Below are positions 25,163 through 32,000 of a DNA stretch of 32,000 nucleotides, piece by piece; position 1 is the first letter of the stretch; every line of letters begins with the position of its first letter. Under the pieces are notes generated by a model that saw only the letters and a program-made list of their open reading frames with translations, was not told the origin of the DNA and ran no database searches. The stretch comes from Candidatus Saccharimonas aalborgensis (GTDB lineage Bacteria > Patescibacteriota > Saccharimonadia > Saccharimonadales > Saccharimonadaceae): positions 150,001 through 182,000 of the forward strand of contig NC_021219.1 in the NCBI RefSeq assembly GCF_000392435.1, read 5' to 3'. Position numbers and translations under genes: made by a program.

Positions 25163-25465
25163 TCGCCACCACCAGAAAACACCCTTTACAACAACAAAAG
25201 AAATTCGGCGGGGGAAATCCAAAAAATGCAAAAGGCAGGGCTGGCGGGACGGGCTTGCGTTTCTCGCAAGCAATCGGCGGGGTTTGTTCACGCATTTCGC
25301 TCAAAATGGGTTCGAGCTTGGTTGTAAAAATACACCAAATCAGGACAAAATTGCAAATTCGGGCGGAAGTTTGCGCTCCGCCCCAGCCAGAAAAACCTTT
25401 GATTGTTTCTTTTTATAATTTCCCTTGCCGTGTTTTTTGGAAACTGAAAAGGGTGTTTTGGTTTG
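25163..25465 (+). repeat. Repeat family A, element R (MITE-like)
   Basis: It has an inverted M module (25163-25225), the conserved core (25296-25337), a GC hairpin gggcgga..tccgccc (25360-25382) and a direct M module (25383-25465). Its ends ccaccagaaaacaccctttac and gaaaagggtgttttggtttg form terminal inverted repeats. Confidence 0.85.
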
Positions 25466-25569
25466 TCGGTTCTACCTTATGGCAAAAAGGAGTTGTAAAG
25501 AGTACAATTTAAATATAACCCTAAACCAAATCTCTGTTTGGCATGGTTTATAAATCCACAAAGAGAAAC

Positions 25570-25656
25570 AGCTCGTCACGGGTACTTCTTTTTGTGTTCG
25601 CGTGGGGAAACCCGCGCGGGTGGTCGCAAGGCTGCCGCTCGTGGCGAGCTTTTTGG
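25570..25656 (+). other. Structured leader/terminator-like element upstream of the 2TM gene
   Basis: An 11-bp closing stem pairs agctcgtcacg (25570-80) with cgtggcgagct (25640-50), followed by tttt. It encloses the hairpin gcgtggg-GAAA-cccgcgc (25600-25617), which has a GNRA loop. Confidence 0.45.
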
Positions 25657-25697
25657 TACGTCACGAAAATATTGCCAAATAAGTAAAAGGGGCTAAA

Positions 25698-26396
25698 GTG
25701 TCAAATAGTAACGAATGGTATAAAAGAAACACGTCAATCATACTTCTACTATTTTTCTTTTTTCCAGTTGGCCTCTACCTGATGTGGAAGTATGCAAATT
25801 GGAATAAGGTAGTAAAAATAATCATTAGCGTGCTGTTGGGGCTGACTGTTATTGTAGTGTTAACTAACCCGCCAAAAGAGCCGGTTAAAGATACTCAAGA
25901 AACGAATACGGAGCAGAGACAGCAAACTCAACAAGCACAACCGCAACAACCAGCTGCGAGTGCATATAGCTACGACTGGGGTAATGAGGGGACAAATACT
26001 TACTGGTTGCTCGCGAAAGATGTAGACAACAGTAGCGCAGACTTAAAGGATCGCATCAAGGCTACAATAGCAGACTTTAGCAAGAAAGTTTCGTTCACGA
26101 CAAACACCCTAGTCAGTGTCACAGATAACGCTAACGTATTTAAGTGCGAAACATTGGCGGGAAAACCAGGCTACACGGGGTCTGAATATGTTGCTTGTCT
26201 AAACGAAGCTGGAGGCAAAGACGCCTATAATGCCGCCACTTCTGCGCATAATATTGCTCTTTATAGCCATAATTTTAAGTACAATATGGACGCCACGGAG
26301 TGCAAAGATAAATGTAATGAACTAATGTTCTATCCCGATGCGTCAAAAACATCTGAGCAAGCAAAGTATAAAGAAACGCTATACTGGAAACCATAG
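25698..26396 (+). CDS. 2TM membrane protein with a Q-rich linker and an extracytoplasmic domain
   Basis: The start is GTG with RBS aagggg. The TM segments are SIILLLFFFFPVGLYLMW and VVKIIISVLLGLTVIVVLT. A linker QETNTEQRQQTQQAQPQQP follows, then a Cys-containing C-terminal domain. Confidence 0.65.
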   Translation: MSNSNEWYKRNTSIILLLFFFFPVGLYLMWKYANWNKVVKIIISVLLGLTVIVVLTNPPKEPVKDTQETNTEQRQQTQQAQPQQPAASAYSYDWGNEGTNTYWLLAKDVDNSSADLKDRIKATIADFSKKVSFTTNTLVSVTDNANVFKCETLAGKPGYTGSEYVACLNEAGGKDAYNAATSAHNIALYSHNFKYNMDATECKDKCNELMFYPDASKTSEQAKYKETLYWKP

Positions 26397-26404
26397 GAGG
26401 TGTT

Positions 26405-26806
26405 ATGGGATTATTTAGTGTTAGTGAAGAAGAGAAAGCAAAGCGAGAACAAGCGAAAAAAGAAAGCACAGCAGCTAAAGAAGAAGCAGCATTTAGCGCC
26501 TCGCCCGTCGGAAAAGCGCGCCAAGCCTACGAAGACGGTCTAAAATACTATCAAGTATCTTTTGATTTAGAGCGAGTTGGGACTAATTCTGTTAGTGTTA
26601 TGGCACGCAGACAAATTAAATCAACATGCGACCCTGTCGGGGCAATTCTAACAGCCATCGACGATGAGGGATGGCAACTAATCCAGGCGGGCTATACTTT
26701 CCGCCAAACCCACCAAGATAGTCGAGATAAATTTCTATCTAGCGGCCAGCAGGTCGCCATTACTGGTCAGACAGTTGGCTTATACCTCTTTAGGCGCAGG
26801 CCGTAA
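26405..26806 (+). CDS. Hypothetical protein (133 aa), possibly DUF4177-like
   Basis: A strong SD (ggaggtg) lies 6 nt upstream, and the start is 8 nt after the 2TM gene stop. The C-terminus AILTAIDDEGWQLIQAGYTF...GLYLFRR resembles the EGWELV...FKR pattern. The assignment is weak. Confidence 0.55.
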   Translation: MGLFSVSEEEKAKREQAKKESTAAKEEAAFSASPVGKARQAYEDGLKYYQVSFDLERVGTNSVSVMARRQIKSTCDPVGAILTAIDDEGWQLIQAGYTFRQTHQDSRDKFLSSGQQVAITGQTVGLYLFRRRP

Positions 26807-26810
26807 TTGT

Positions 26811-26894
26811 GTTTAGGCGGTGGCTTTGTCGCCTAGGGCGGAGCTTAGCCACTCCGCTCGTAATCGGTTCGAACTTGGTTGTAAAACTCCACCA
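26811..26894 (+). repeat. Repeat family A, partial third copy (core only), fused to repeat B2
   Basis: ctcgtaatcggttcgaacttggttgtaaaactccacca (26857-26894) matches the reverse complement of the L core nearly perfectly and also matches the R core. It is preceded by the GC hairpin gcggag-cttagcca-ctccgc. Confidence 0.8.
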
Positions 26895-27027
26895 TAGAAA
26901 ACACCGCCTCAATGGCGGTATTTTCTATGGTAGTACACAAGTTTCCAGTTTCTGGGACCAAGCCCCTTGCTTTGTTTATTCAGGCAAATTGGTAAAACTA
27001 ACGCTTCTTAGGGGTGAACACCATACA
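26890..27027 (+). repeat. Repeat family B, copy 2
   Basis: It is a direct repeat of 21004-21142. The hairpin ccatagaaaacaccgcc-tcaat-ggcggtattttctatgg is at 26892-26930. Confidence 0.85.
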
Positions 27028-27067
27028 CCATACACTCTATACACTATACCTCCTATCCATATCTCCT

Positions 27068-28852
27068 TTATTGCGAAAAAAACCTTTTACACAAATCGTC
27101 CGTAATTTTACCGAATTCATCATGCAAGCTCTTAGTATTTTTGAGCGAGATATCCTTCCAGTCTATAAAATTTTTGAAGGATGCGACTTCAGTGGGCATT
27201 CCCACATCATTTTTCATAAGTTGTCTCTCACAGTACTCGATGATTAGCTCCTCTGCTTGCTGCGTACTCTTCTCAGCTATCGCTTCAAGGTATTCAAGTT
27301 CTTCGATATGAAGTATTACAAAGGGATAGAGTTTGTTCCTAGATAGTGTGGGAGTAACCGATGAAGCATAGCCATTGTAGTAACGACGATTAATTGGATC
27401 TGCGGGTAAGTCATCTTCTGTAACGAGTATAGGCACAATGATGTCAGGCAACTTATATCCAGGGATTTGCACTGCATTGTCACGAAGAAGTGACACGAAA
27501 TGGTCAATTTGCTGAAGACCCTTGCGTTTATGCTTTTTTTTCGGGTTCCTGGTCTTTTTAGTGCCAAATAATTGTTGAAGCGAACTCTTCATGTTTGGAC
27601 GCGAGGCATAAAGCTGCATTTTATAGGGGATATGAAGGGCTTTAGCCTCAATGATAAGCAAAGCTTTATTACCCAACACTAGACCATCTGCAAGCTCGCC
27701 GTATCTTTTGATGGTAAAGTTCCTAATGACCTTACTGGAACCAAATCCACTCTCAAGTCGGTCAAGTGCATATTTCTCAAACCCAACTGACCAAGCTTTA
27801 GGCAGCAAGCCAAGTCTGCTTTTATCATCGACTCGGTTCAAATATTCATTCATTTGCCAATAAACACCGAGTGTCGTCCTGTTAGCCAATAACCTAGGTG
27901 AAGCACACATGATTTTTTGTTGCCCAATCATAATTACTGGATGTCTCATAAAAACCATAAAATTATTCTGGTGCGGACTTCCACGCAGAACTGTGCTGAT
28001 AACCTCTTTGTTCTCTGATTCATAATCTTGCAGTTTCATCGTATATAACCCAAGTAGTGTTTGTAGCTGCTCAGGAGTAAGCTTCATTTGAGAAAAATAA
28101 TCCATATCTCTGACGACATCGTTATCTAAATCTGGCTCTGAGCTATGAATTGACCATTCAGTCATAAGCGAGAAGCCAAAACCAATATAGTCAGAGATGG
28201 TTACCCCCGTGGCATCAGTGAATAACTGCTCAATATCCAAGTTATGGGGATTTGAAGCACAGCGTTTAACAATGAGCGTTGTCCTTGCTAGCTGATGTAG
28301 TATATTTGGGCGGGACGTTAGGAAGCTCTGCTCAGCGAAAGCCATTCGCATTCGCTCCACAGCATATTTGGTCATCTTTGGTTTGCCATTTACCATTCTG
28401 TAGTGCATGCCACGCGGAGCAATGGCACGATGCGTCCATTGTTCGGTTAATACCAATAGCCATTTACCAAACTGTTCAAGCTGTTCGGGAGTTGCTATAT
28501 CCTGGCCAGCATCCGAGTCGCAGTTATCAATCGCAAGTGCAATAAGTGCCAATAAGGGAGGTTCTGTAAAGAACACCCACTCGTCACTCAGCCCCTGATT
28601 CTTTCTGGCTTGAAACAACTTGGCGATTTTTTCTCTGGTTTCCTGCGAGAAGAAACTTCTGAGTAGTTTAATCTGTTCATTGTTGTCTTTTACGGGAGTT
28701 TTATAAAGAACGATGCTGAGCTTTGACGCTACAATAAGGACAGCCCATAGGTTGTAGTCTTGTAACTCTTTGCCTACTTGCTTAACACTACGCATTTCTC
28801 CGAATATATCTGAGTAGCCAAAGTTCACGTTTACGTAATCTGCAACTGCCAT
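27068..28852 (-). CDS. Hypothetical protein (594 aa) with a C-terminal PD-(D/E)xK-like nuclease motif
   Basis: It is a long clean ORF. GELADGLVLGNKALLIIEAKALH fits D-x(n)-E-x-K of restriction-endonuclease-fold proteins. The N-terminal roughly 380 aa are unassigned. Confidence 0.7.
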   Translation of the reverse strand: MAVADYVNVNFGYSDIFGEMRSVKQVGKELQDYNLWAVLIVASKLSIVLYKTPVKDNNEQIKLLRSFFSQETREKIAKLFQARKNQGLSDEWVFFTEPPLLALIALAIDNCDSDAGQDIATPEQLEQFGKWLLVLTEQWTHRAIAPRGMHYRMVNGKPKMTKYAVERMRMAFAEQSFLTSRPNILHQLARTTLIVKRCASNPHNLDIEQLFTDATGVTISDYIGFGFSLMTEWSIHSSEPDLDNDVVRDMDYFSQMKLTPEQLQTLLGLYTMKLQDYESENKEVISTVLRGSPHQNNFMVFMRHPVIMIGQQKIMCASPRLLANRTTLGVYWQMNEYLNRVDDKSRLGLLPKAWSVGFEKYALDRLESGFGSSKVIRNFTIKRYGELADGLVLGNKALLIIEAKALHIPYKMQLYASRPNMKSSLQQLFGTKKTRNPKKKHKRKGLQQIDHFVSLLRDNAVQIPGYKLPDIIVPILVTEDDLPADPINRRYYNGYASSVTPTLSRNKLYPFVILHIEELEYLEAIAEKSTQQAEELIIEYCERQLMKNDVGMPTEVASFKNFIDWKDISLKNTKSLHDEFGKITDDLCKRFFSQ

Positions 28853-28950
28853 AATGTAAGTATAGTTTATAAGAGTAAATGTCCGTTGGTTTACGTGCGT
28901 ACTATTTGGCCGTTACCCTTGTGTATGTAAGTAAAGGAGCTATTTAAGGG

Positions 28951-29056
28951 GTGGTGAGGCGGTATTTTCTGTGGTGCGATACGATTTTTAGTTTCGAGGG
29001 CCAAGTTTTTGCATTGTCTATTTAGGAGAGCTGGCAAGAATGTACATATCTTGGGA
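28951..29056 (+). repeat. Repeat family B, diverged/truncated copy 3
   Basis: ggcggtattttctgtgg...gggccaag...ttgc.ttgt.tatt.agg...tgg.aagaat...cttggg aligns with B1 and B2 at roughly 60% by eye. The left arm of the hairpin is missing. Confidence 0.55.
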
Positions 29057-29100
29057 CTCAACCGTGAACCCGATACAGTATATCTCTTGACCTAAAACTA

Positions 29101-29565
29101 TCAGGTACTGAGTTCCTTGCGCCAGACCGTACAGTATCTGTGTTTCTCCTTGGCTGCAACATCGTCTGCAATCTTCGCAACTCGTGGATCAATCCTTTCG
29201 AACCCAAGCGCTTCATAAAACCGGTTATTCCAAAATAACGTCATGGCCGTAAGATCACGTATGTCCTCCTCACCCACAACATACAGCCCAAATAGCTGCT
29301 TCGTCAGCTCGCTACCTATACCCCGCCGTCTCGCATCGGGATGCACTACAAGTGATTCCATGTACGCATGGGGAGGCCGAAGCTCAACTCCAACACAGCC
29401 AACCAGTGTTTCCTCACCTGGTACATACGCGAGGAGCCAGCCGTCATAGTCGGCAATATCTTCCGTTGATAATTTACCCAGACGTATCAGTGCTTCAACA
29501 CTATGCTCTATATTGGGCGTCATTGTTTCGAGAGGGGGATGTTTCGATATGTCGATAGATTTCAT
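29101..29565 (-). CDS. GNAT-family N-acetyltransferase
   Basis: The acetyl-CoA motif A is LVVHPDARRRGIGSELTKQL (Q/RxxGxG/A), and the C-terminus has YEALGFERI. Confidence 0.8.
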   Translation of the reverse strand: MKSIDISKHPPLETMTPNIEHSVEALIRLGKLSTEDIADYDGWLLAYVPGEETLVGCVGVELRPPHAYMESLVVHPDARRRGIGSELTKQLFGLYVVGEEDIRDLTAMTLFWNNRFYEALGFERIDPRVAKIADDVAAKEKHRYCTVWRKELST

Positions 29566-29851
29566 ATTTCAAATATACACTCTGAGGACGCGCCACCAAA
29601 CCATAAACCTATAACTCAGCGAGGCGTGGGTTGGTCATTTACATCACTGATTAGTTTGTAACGATCACCGTTGGCTTCAAGCAATTCAGTTTAAACATAG
29701 GAGCCCGCATTGAACAATCGTTCGGAGTATAGCTACAATGACGATTTGTACGTACGGTAGCTTCCGGGATTGGTGTGAATATAACGAAAGATGTACACCA
29801 GAGAAAACTTTTCGGTCACAGGAAGGTCATTATTAATCAACACTATTTAGT

Positions 29852-30231
29852 CTAAGCGTATTTTATATATGACCTAATCGTTATGTAAACCTGGACAGTA
29901 AATAGTACCGAGATTATGATATATGTCGATATCGTTACCGGCCCCTGTATGGCCGACGGGAAGAATAGTCGATAGAGCCCCCTAGCATAGTCATGAGCCA
30001 CGCAGTCAGCGTGATGAGCACTGGCCAGCGCCGCGTCCATACATTGTGTACGGTCACAAGGTAAAACCCAAAGGCCAGCAGCACAAACCCATTGAGATAG
30101 ACCACATGTTCGCTCACCTGAGAGTTGTAGATAGGGAGCGTCACGATCTCGGACAAAAAGAGTGCCGACAGAACAGGTCCGGCAAATCGGCCAACCTTTT
30201 TTGATGCGGTGATCTCGACGCGTGTGGTCAT
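29852..30231 (-). pseudogene. Small membrane protein split by a frameshift in a C5/G5 homopolymer (or a sequencing error)
   Basis: ORF 29935..30231 ends ...AWLMTMLGGSIDYSSRRPYRGR*. Adding one G in the run at 29978-29982 joins it to the tail of ORF 29852..30247. That gives ...TMLGGLYRLFFPSAIQGPVTISTYIIISVLFTVQVYI..., which continues a hydrophobic helix. Confidence 0.4.
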
Positions 30232-30312
30232 GCAGACATCTTAACAAATTTTGTCAAACAATCCCACTAAAACTGAAACTAAATAAGAAACCGGCGTAGG
30301 TATATAAACCTT

Positions 30313-30876
30313 TTGCTACACACTAAAGAGATTCTTGTATTACACTATACATATATGTCACGACAACAAAAAAATGACCCTAGGTCAAAGGAATCCGAAA
30401 AACAGCTTCAGGCTGATTATTTACGAGAGAGAATCTATAGTGGCATTACCCTTCTTGGCGTTAGCGCAGGCCTCCTCGCAAATACTGCATACATCTCTGC
30501 CAGTTACGCGCTCACGACAATAGTATCCGCCGCACTTGGTATAGGACTGGCAAGCATTTTTGCAGAACTTGTGTCATATCGCGTTATTCACGACAGAGCT
30601 ATTCCTCGACGTGAATTCTTGCATCACCTAAGAACACACCGAGCTTTTCTGGTCGCTGCAGCCCCATCACTTATATTTATTCCTGCTGCGGCCCTCAGCA
30701 TCATGACACTGCGAACTGCGCTCGTAATAGACATCGTTCTCGGGGTATTTAGCTTATTTGTTATCCTCATCCGTTCAGCAGTCACGCCAAAGAATACGTT
30801 GGCATCAATCACCGTATCGATTGGAATACAGGCGATTATCGCAGCTCTTGTGATTGGTCTAAAGATAGTAAAATAA
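30313..30876 (+). CDS. Integral membrane protein (4-5 TM), unknown family
   Basis: The probable start is ATG 30355 (MSRQQKNDPRSKE...). Multiple hydrophobic helices follow. Confidence 0.6.
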   Translation: MLHTKEILVLHYTYMSRQQKNDPRSKESEKQLQADYLRERIYSGITLLGVSAGLLANTAYISASYALTTIVSAALGIGLASIFAELVSYRVIHDRAIPRREFLHHLRTHRAFLVAAAPSLIFIPAAALSIMTLRTALVIDIVLGVFSLFVILIRSAVTPKNTLASITVSIGIQAIIAALVIGLKIVK

Positions 30877-30899
30877 CCTAGCACTTCATAGTCATAGTT

Positions 30900-31313
30900 T
30901 TATTGACAGGCACTACCAAACAGCTCACCATAGGTAACTTTACCTATTTGGTCTTTTTTCTGATCAGCAACGCGAGCGCGACACTCGACTGCCTTGAGGT
31001 CTAGCTCACGCTGAGCAGCTTGCCTCTGTTGCTCTACTGCTTGAGCTCGCTTAGCTGATTCGTTCTGCAGATACATATACCCCATCGACCCTATAAGGCC
31101 CAAAATGAGGATGATTGCTGCAGTGATATATTGTTTACGACTAAACTGTATCTTTGGAAGTTTTTTAGTCTTTTTCACAGAGTGGACGCCCACTTCTGCC
31201 TTTGCTTCAATAGACGACATCATGCGTGCAGACGTTATAGCTTTACGCCCGATTTTGCGACGATATAAACCCTCTCCCCGTCTCGCATGTTGTGGTTTCA
31301 TCATTCCTATCAT
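30900..31313 (-). CDS. Single-pass membrane protein with a coiled-coil ectodomain
   Basis: It has a basic N-terminus, the TM segment ITAAIILILGLIGSMGYMYL, then AKRAQAVEQQRQAAQRELDLKA. Confidence 0.5.
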   Translation of the reverse strand: MIGMMKPQHARRGEGLYRRKIGRKAITSARMMSSIEAKAEVGVHSVKKTKKLPKIQFSRKQYITAAIILILGLIGSMGYMYLQNESAKRAQAVEQQRQAAQRELDLKAVECRARVADQKKDQIGKVTYGELFGSACQ

Positions 31314-31354
31314 AGCAAATCCAGGGTCCGTTTGCTAGCGACATATCCTCGACC

Positions 31355-31383
31355 TTGATAAAAATAGCCACCTCTTGTAGAAT
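31355..31383 (+). promoter_or_regulatory. Sigma70-type promoter for the tRNA-Phe gene
   Basis: The -35 is ttgata (31355-60). A 17-nt spacer ending in tg follows. The -10 is tagaat (31378-83). The tRNA starts 12 nt downstream. Confidence 0.6.
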
Positions 31384-31394
31384 GGATGTTGTGT

Positions 31395-31470
31395 GGCTCT
31401 TTAGCTCAGTTGGTAGAGCAGAGGCCTGAAGAGCCTTGTGTCACTAGTTCGAGTCTAGTAGGAGCCACCA
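31395..31470 (+). tRNA. tRNA-Phe (anticodon GAA), CCA encoded
   Basis: Manual cloverleaf. Acceptor is GGCTCTT/AGGAGCC. D-arm is GCTC-AGTTGGTA-GAGC. Anticodon arm is GAGGC-CTGAAGA-GCCTT. Variable loop is GTGTC. T-arm is ACTAG-TTCGAGT-CTAGT. It ends A-CCA. Confidence 0.92.
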
Positions 31471-31479
31471 TACGAAAGC

Positions 31480-31505
31480 ATCCCTCGTGATATGAGGGAT
31501 TTTTT
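31480..31505 (+). terminator. Intrinsic terminator after tRNA-Phe
   Basis: atccctc-gtgatat-gagggat followed by ttttt. Confidence 0.8.
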
Positions 31506-31569
31506 CGTGAGGTGACACAAGGCTCTTCAGGCCTTGGCCCTTCGAGCGGTTAATTGAAGCTGAGGGCTC

Positions 31570-31641
31570 TGTCACTAGTTCGAGTCTAGTAGGAGCCACC
31601 ATACGAAAGTATCCCCCCATATCTAGGAGGGATTTTTTCGT
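31570..31641 (+). repeat. Duplicated 3' part of tRNA-Phe plus its terminator
   Basis: tgtcactagttcgagtctagtaggagccaccatacgaaag repeats 31439-31478 exactly. It is followed by a terminator hairpin with changed stem bases (atcccccc..ggagggat ttttt). I could not fold a full cloverleaf. Confidence 0.85.
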
Positions 31642-31669
31642 AAGATTGCATGCTATAATACCCGTTAGC

Positions 31670-31744
31670 GCGGGTATCGTATAACGGCTATTATATGACC
31701 TTCCCAAGGTTGAGACGGGAGTTCGACTCTCCCTACCCGCACCA
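31670..31744 (+). tRNA. tRNA-Gly (anticodon CCC), CCA encoded
   Basis: Manual cloverleaf. Acceptor is GCGGGTA/TACCCGC. Anticodon arm is TGACC-TTCCCAA-GGTTG. T-arm is GGGAG-TTCGACT-CTCCC. It ends A-CCA. The D stem is weak (3 bp). Confidence 0.88.
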
Positions 31745-31753
31745 TTTCCAGTT

Positions 31754-32000
31754 ATGACTAGAGTTGATTTTTCACCAAGAGCACAACGAGTCGTCGACAT
31801 TACCTTGAGCGAGGTAGCGCATCGCTATGGCGACGGGATAAACCCCGGATCAATCGCTTCATGTCCCTATCACGATCTTGAACATTCGACTGCCGTCATG
31901 GAAAGTGCTGTCCTATTGGCTTCACGGTTGCATCTTAGTAGAGCCGCCCTCGAATTGGCCGCTCTGAGCGGCGCAGCTCACGACGTCATTCGCGAACACG
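31754..32000 (+). CDS. HD-domain-like protein, N-terminal part (runs off the window end)
   Basis: My own translation gives MTRVDFSPRAQRVVDITLSEVAHRYGDGINPGSIASCPYHDLEHSTAVMESAVLLASRLHLSRAALELAALSGAAHDVIREH. The H...HD-like YHDLEH and AAHD are consistent with an HD phosphohydrolase. There is no stop in the window. Confidence 0.55.
   Translation, partial: MTRVDFSPRAQRVVDITLSEVAHRYGDGINPGSIASCPYHDLEHSTAVMESAVLLASRLHLSRAALELAALSGAAHDVIREH

Noticed and set aside
22688-26894. Possible CRISPR repeat: gttttacaaccaagttcgaac occurs three times
   Set aside because: The copies are 2.6 kb and 1.5 kb apart and in mixed orientation. They are embedded in longer homologous elements. There is no regular repeat-spacer array and no cas genes.
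26857-26894. tRNA/tmRNA-like 3' end (ggttcgaac...ctccacca) in the family-A core
   Set aside because: The putative T-stem needs three G-U pairs in one copy and is broken in the R copy without compensation. No full acceptor stem is conserved.
31521-31601. Second tRNA using ggctctt as the 5' acceptor with the duplicated T-arm/acceptor
   Set aside because: No D-arm or anticodon arm can be folded from the 46 intervening nucleotides. I treat it as a tRNA fragment mosaic.
31444-31800. 118-aa minus-strand ORF
   Set aside because: It runs antisense across tRNA-Phe, its duplicated 3' part and tRNA-Gly(CCC). This is a typical tRNA-antisense artefact.

Overview
The window is dominated by a roughly 30.7 kb accessory island. 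It lies between tRNA-Gly(GCC) at 647-722 and a tRNA-Phe(GAA)/tRNA-Gly(CCC) pair at 31395-31744. Partial housekeeping genes flank it: a Mur-ligase N-terminus on the minus strand at 1-389 and an HD-domain protein at 31754-32000.

Left to right, the island contains:
(1) A minus-strand module ending at the tRNA: large serine recombinase, Rep-like protein, SpoVG-like protein and unknowns.
(2) A plus-strand metal-resistance cargo: excisionase/MerR-type HTH, two CDF transporters, a CsoR/RcnR-family repressor with a palindromic operator, a Met/His-rich secreted protein, a DUF305 protein and a CPH-type P1B ATPase.
(3) A second large serine recombinase.
(4) A defence-like block: a 1307-aa DUF4011/SF1-helicase/DUF559 nuclease (Hhe-like), plus a membrane protein with an Mrr-type nuclease.
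(5) A repeat-bounded cassette: secreted beta-helix protein, EamA/DMT transporter and a clear retron-type reverse transcriptase. The RT follows a 500-nt structured non-coding leader.
(6) A 2TM protein pair, a 594-aa protein with a PD-(D/E)xK-like motif, a GNAT and small membrane proteins.

The most interesting signals are the following:
- The retron has no recognisable effector next to it.
- Two intergenic repeat families bracket it. One is a pair of about 300-bp imperfect inverted elements. The other is a set of about 139-bp direct repeats that open with a 17-bp hairpin.
- Orphan intrinsic terminators inside the repeats suggest a transcribed ncRNA.
- Partial tRNA duplications occur at both island edges.

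I saw no rRNA and no CRISPR array. All protein family calls come from motif recognition by eye. No database search was run.
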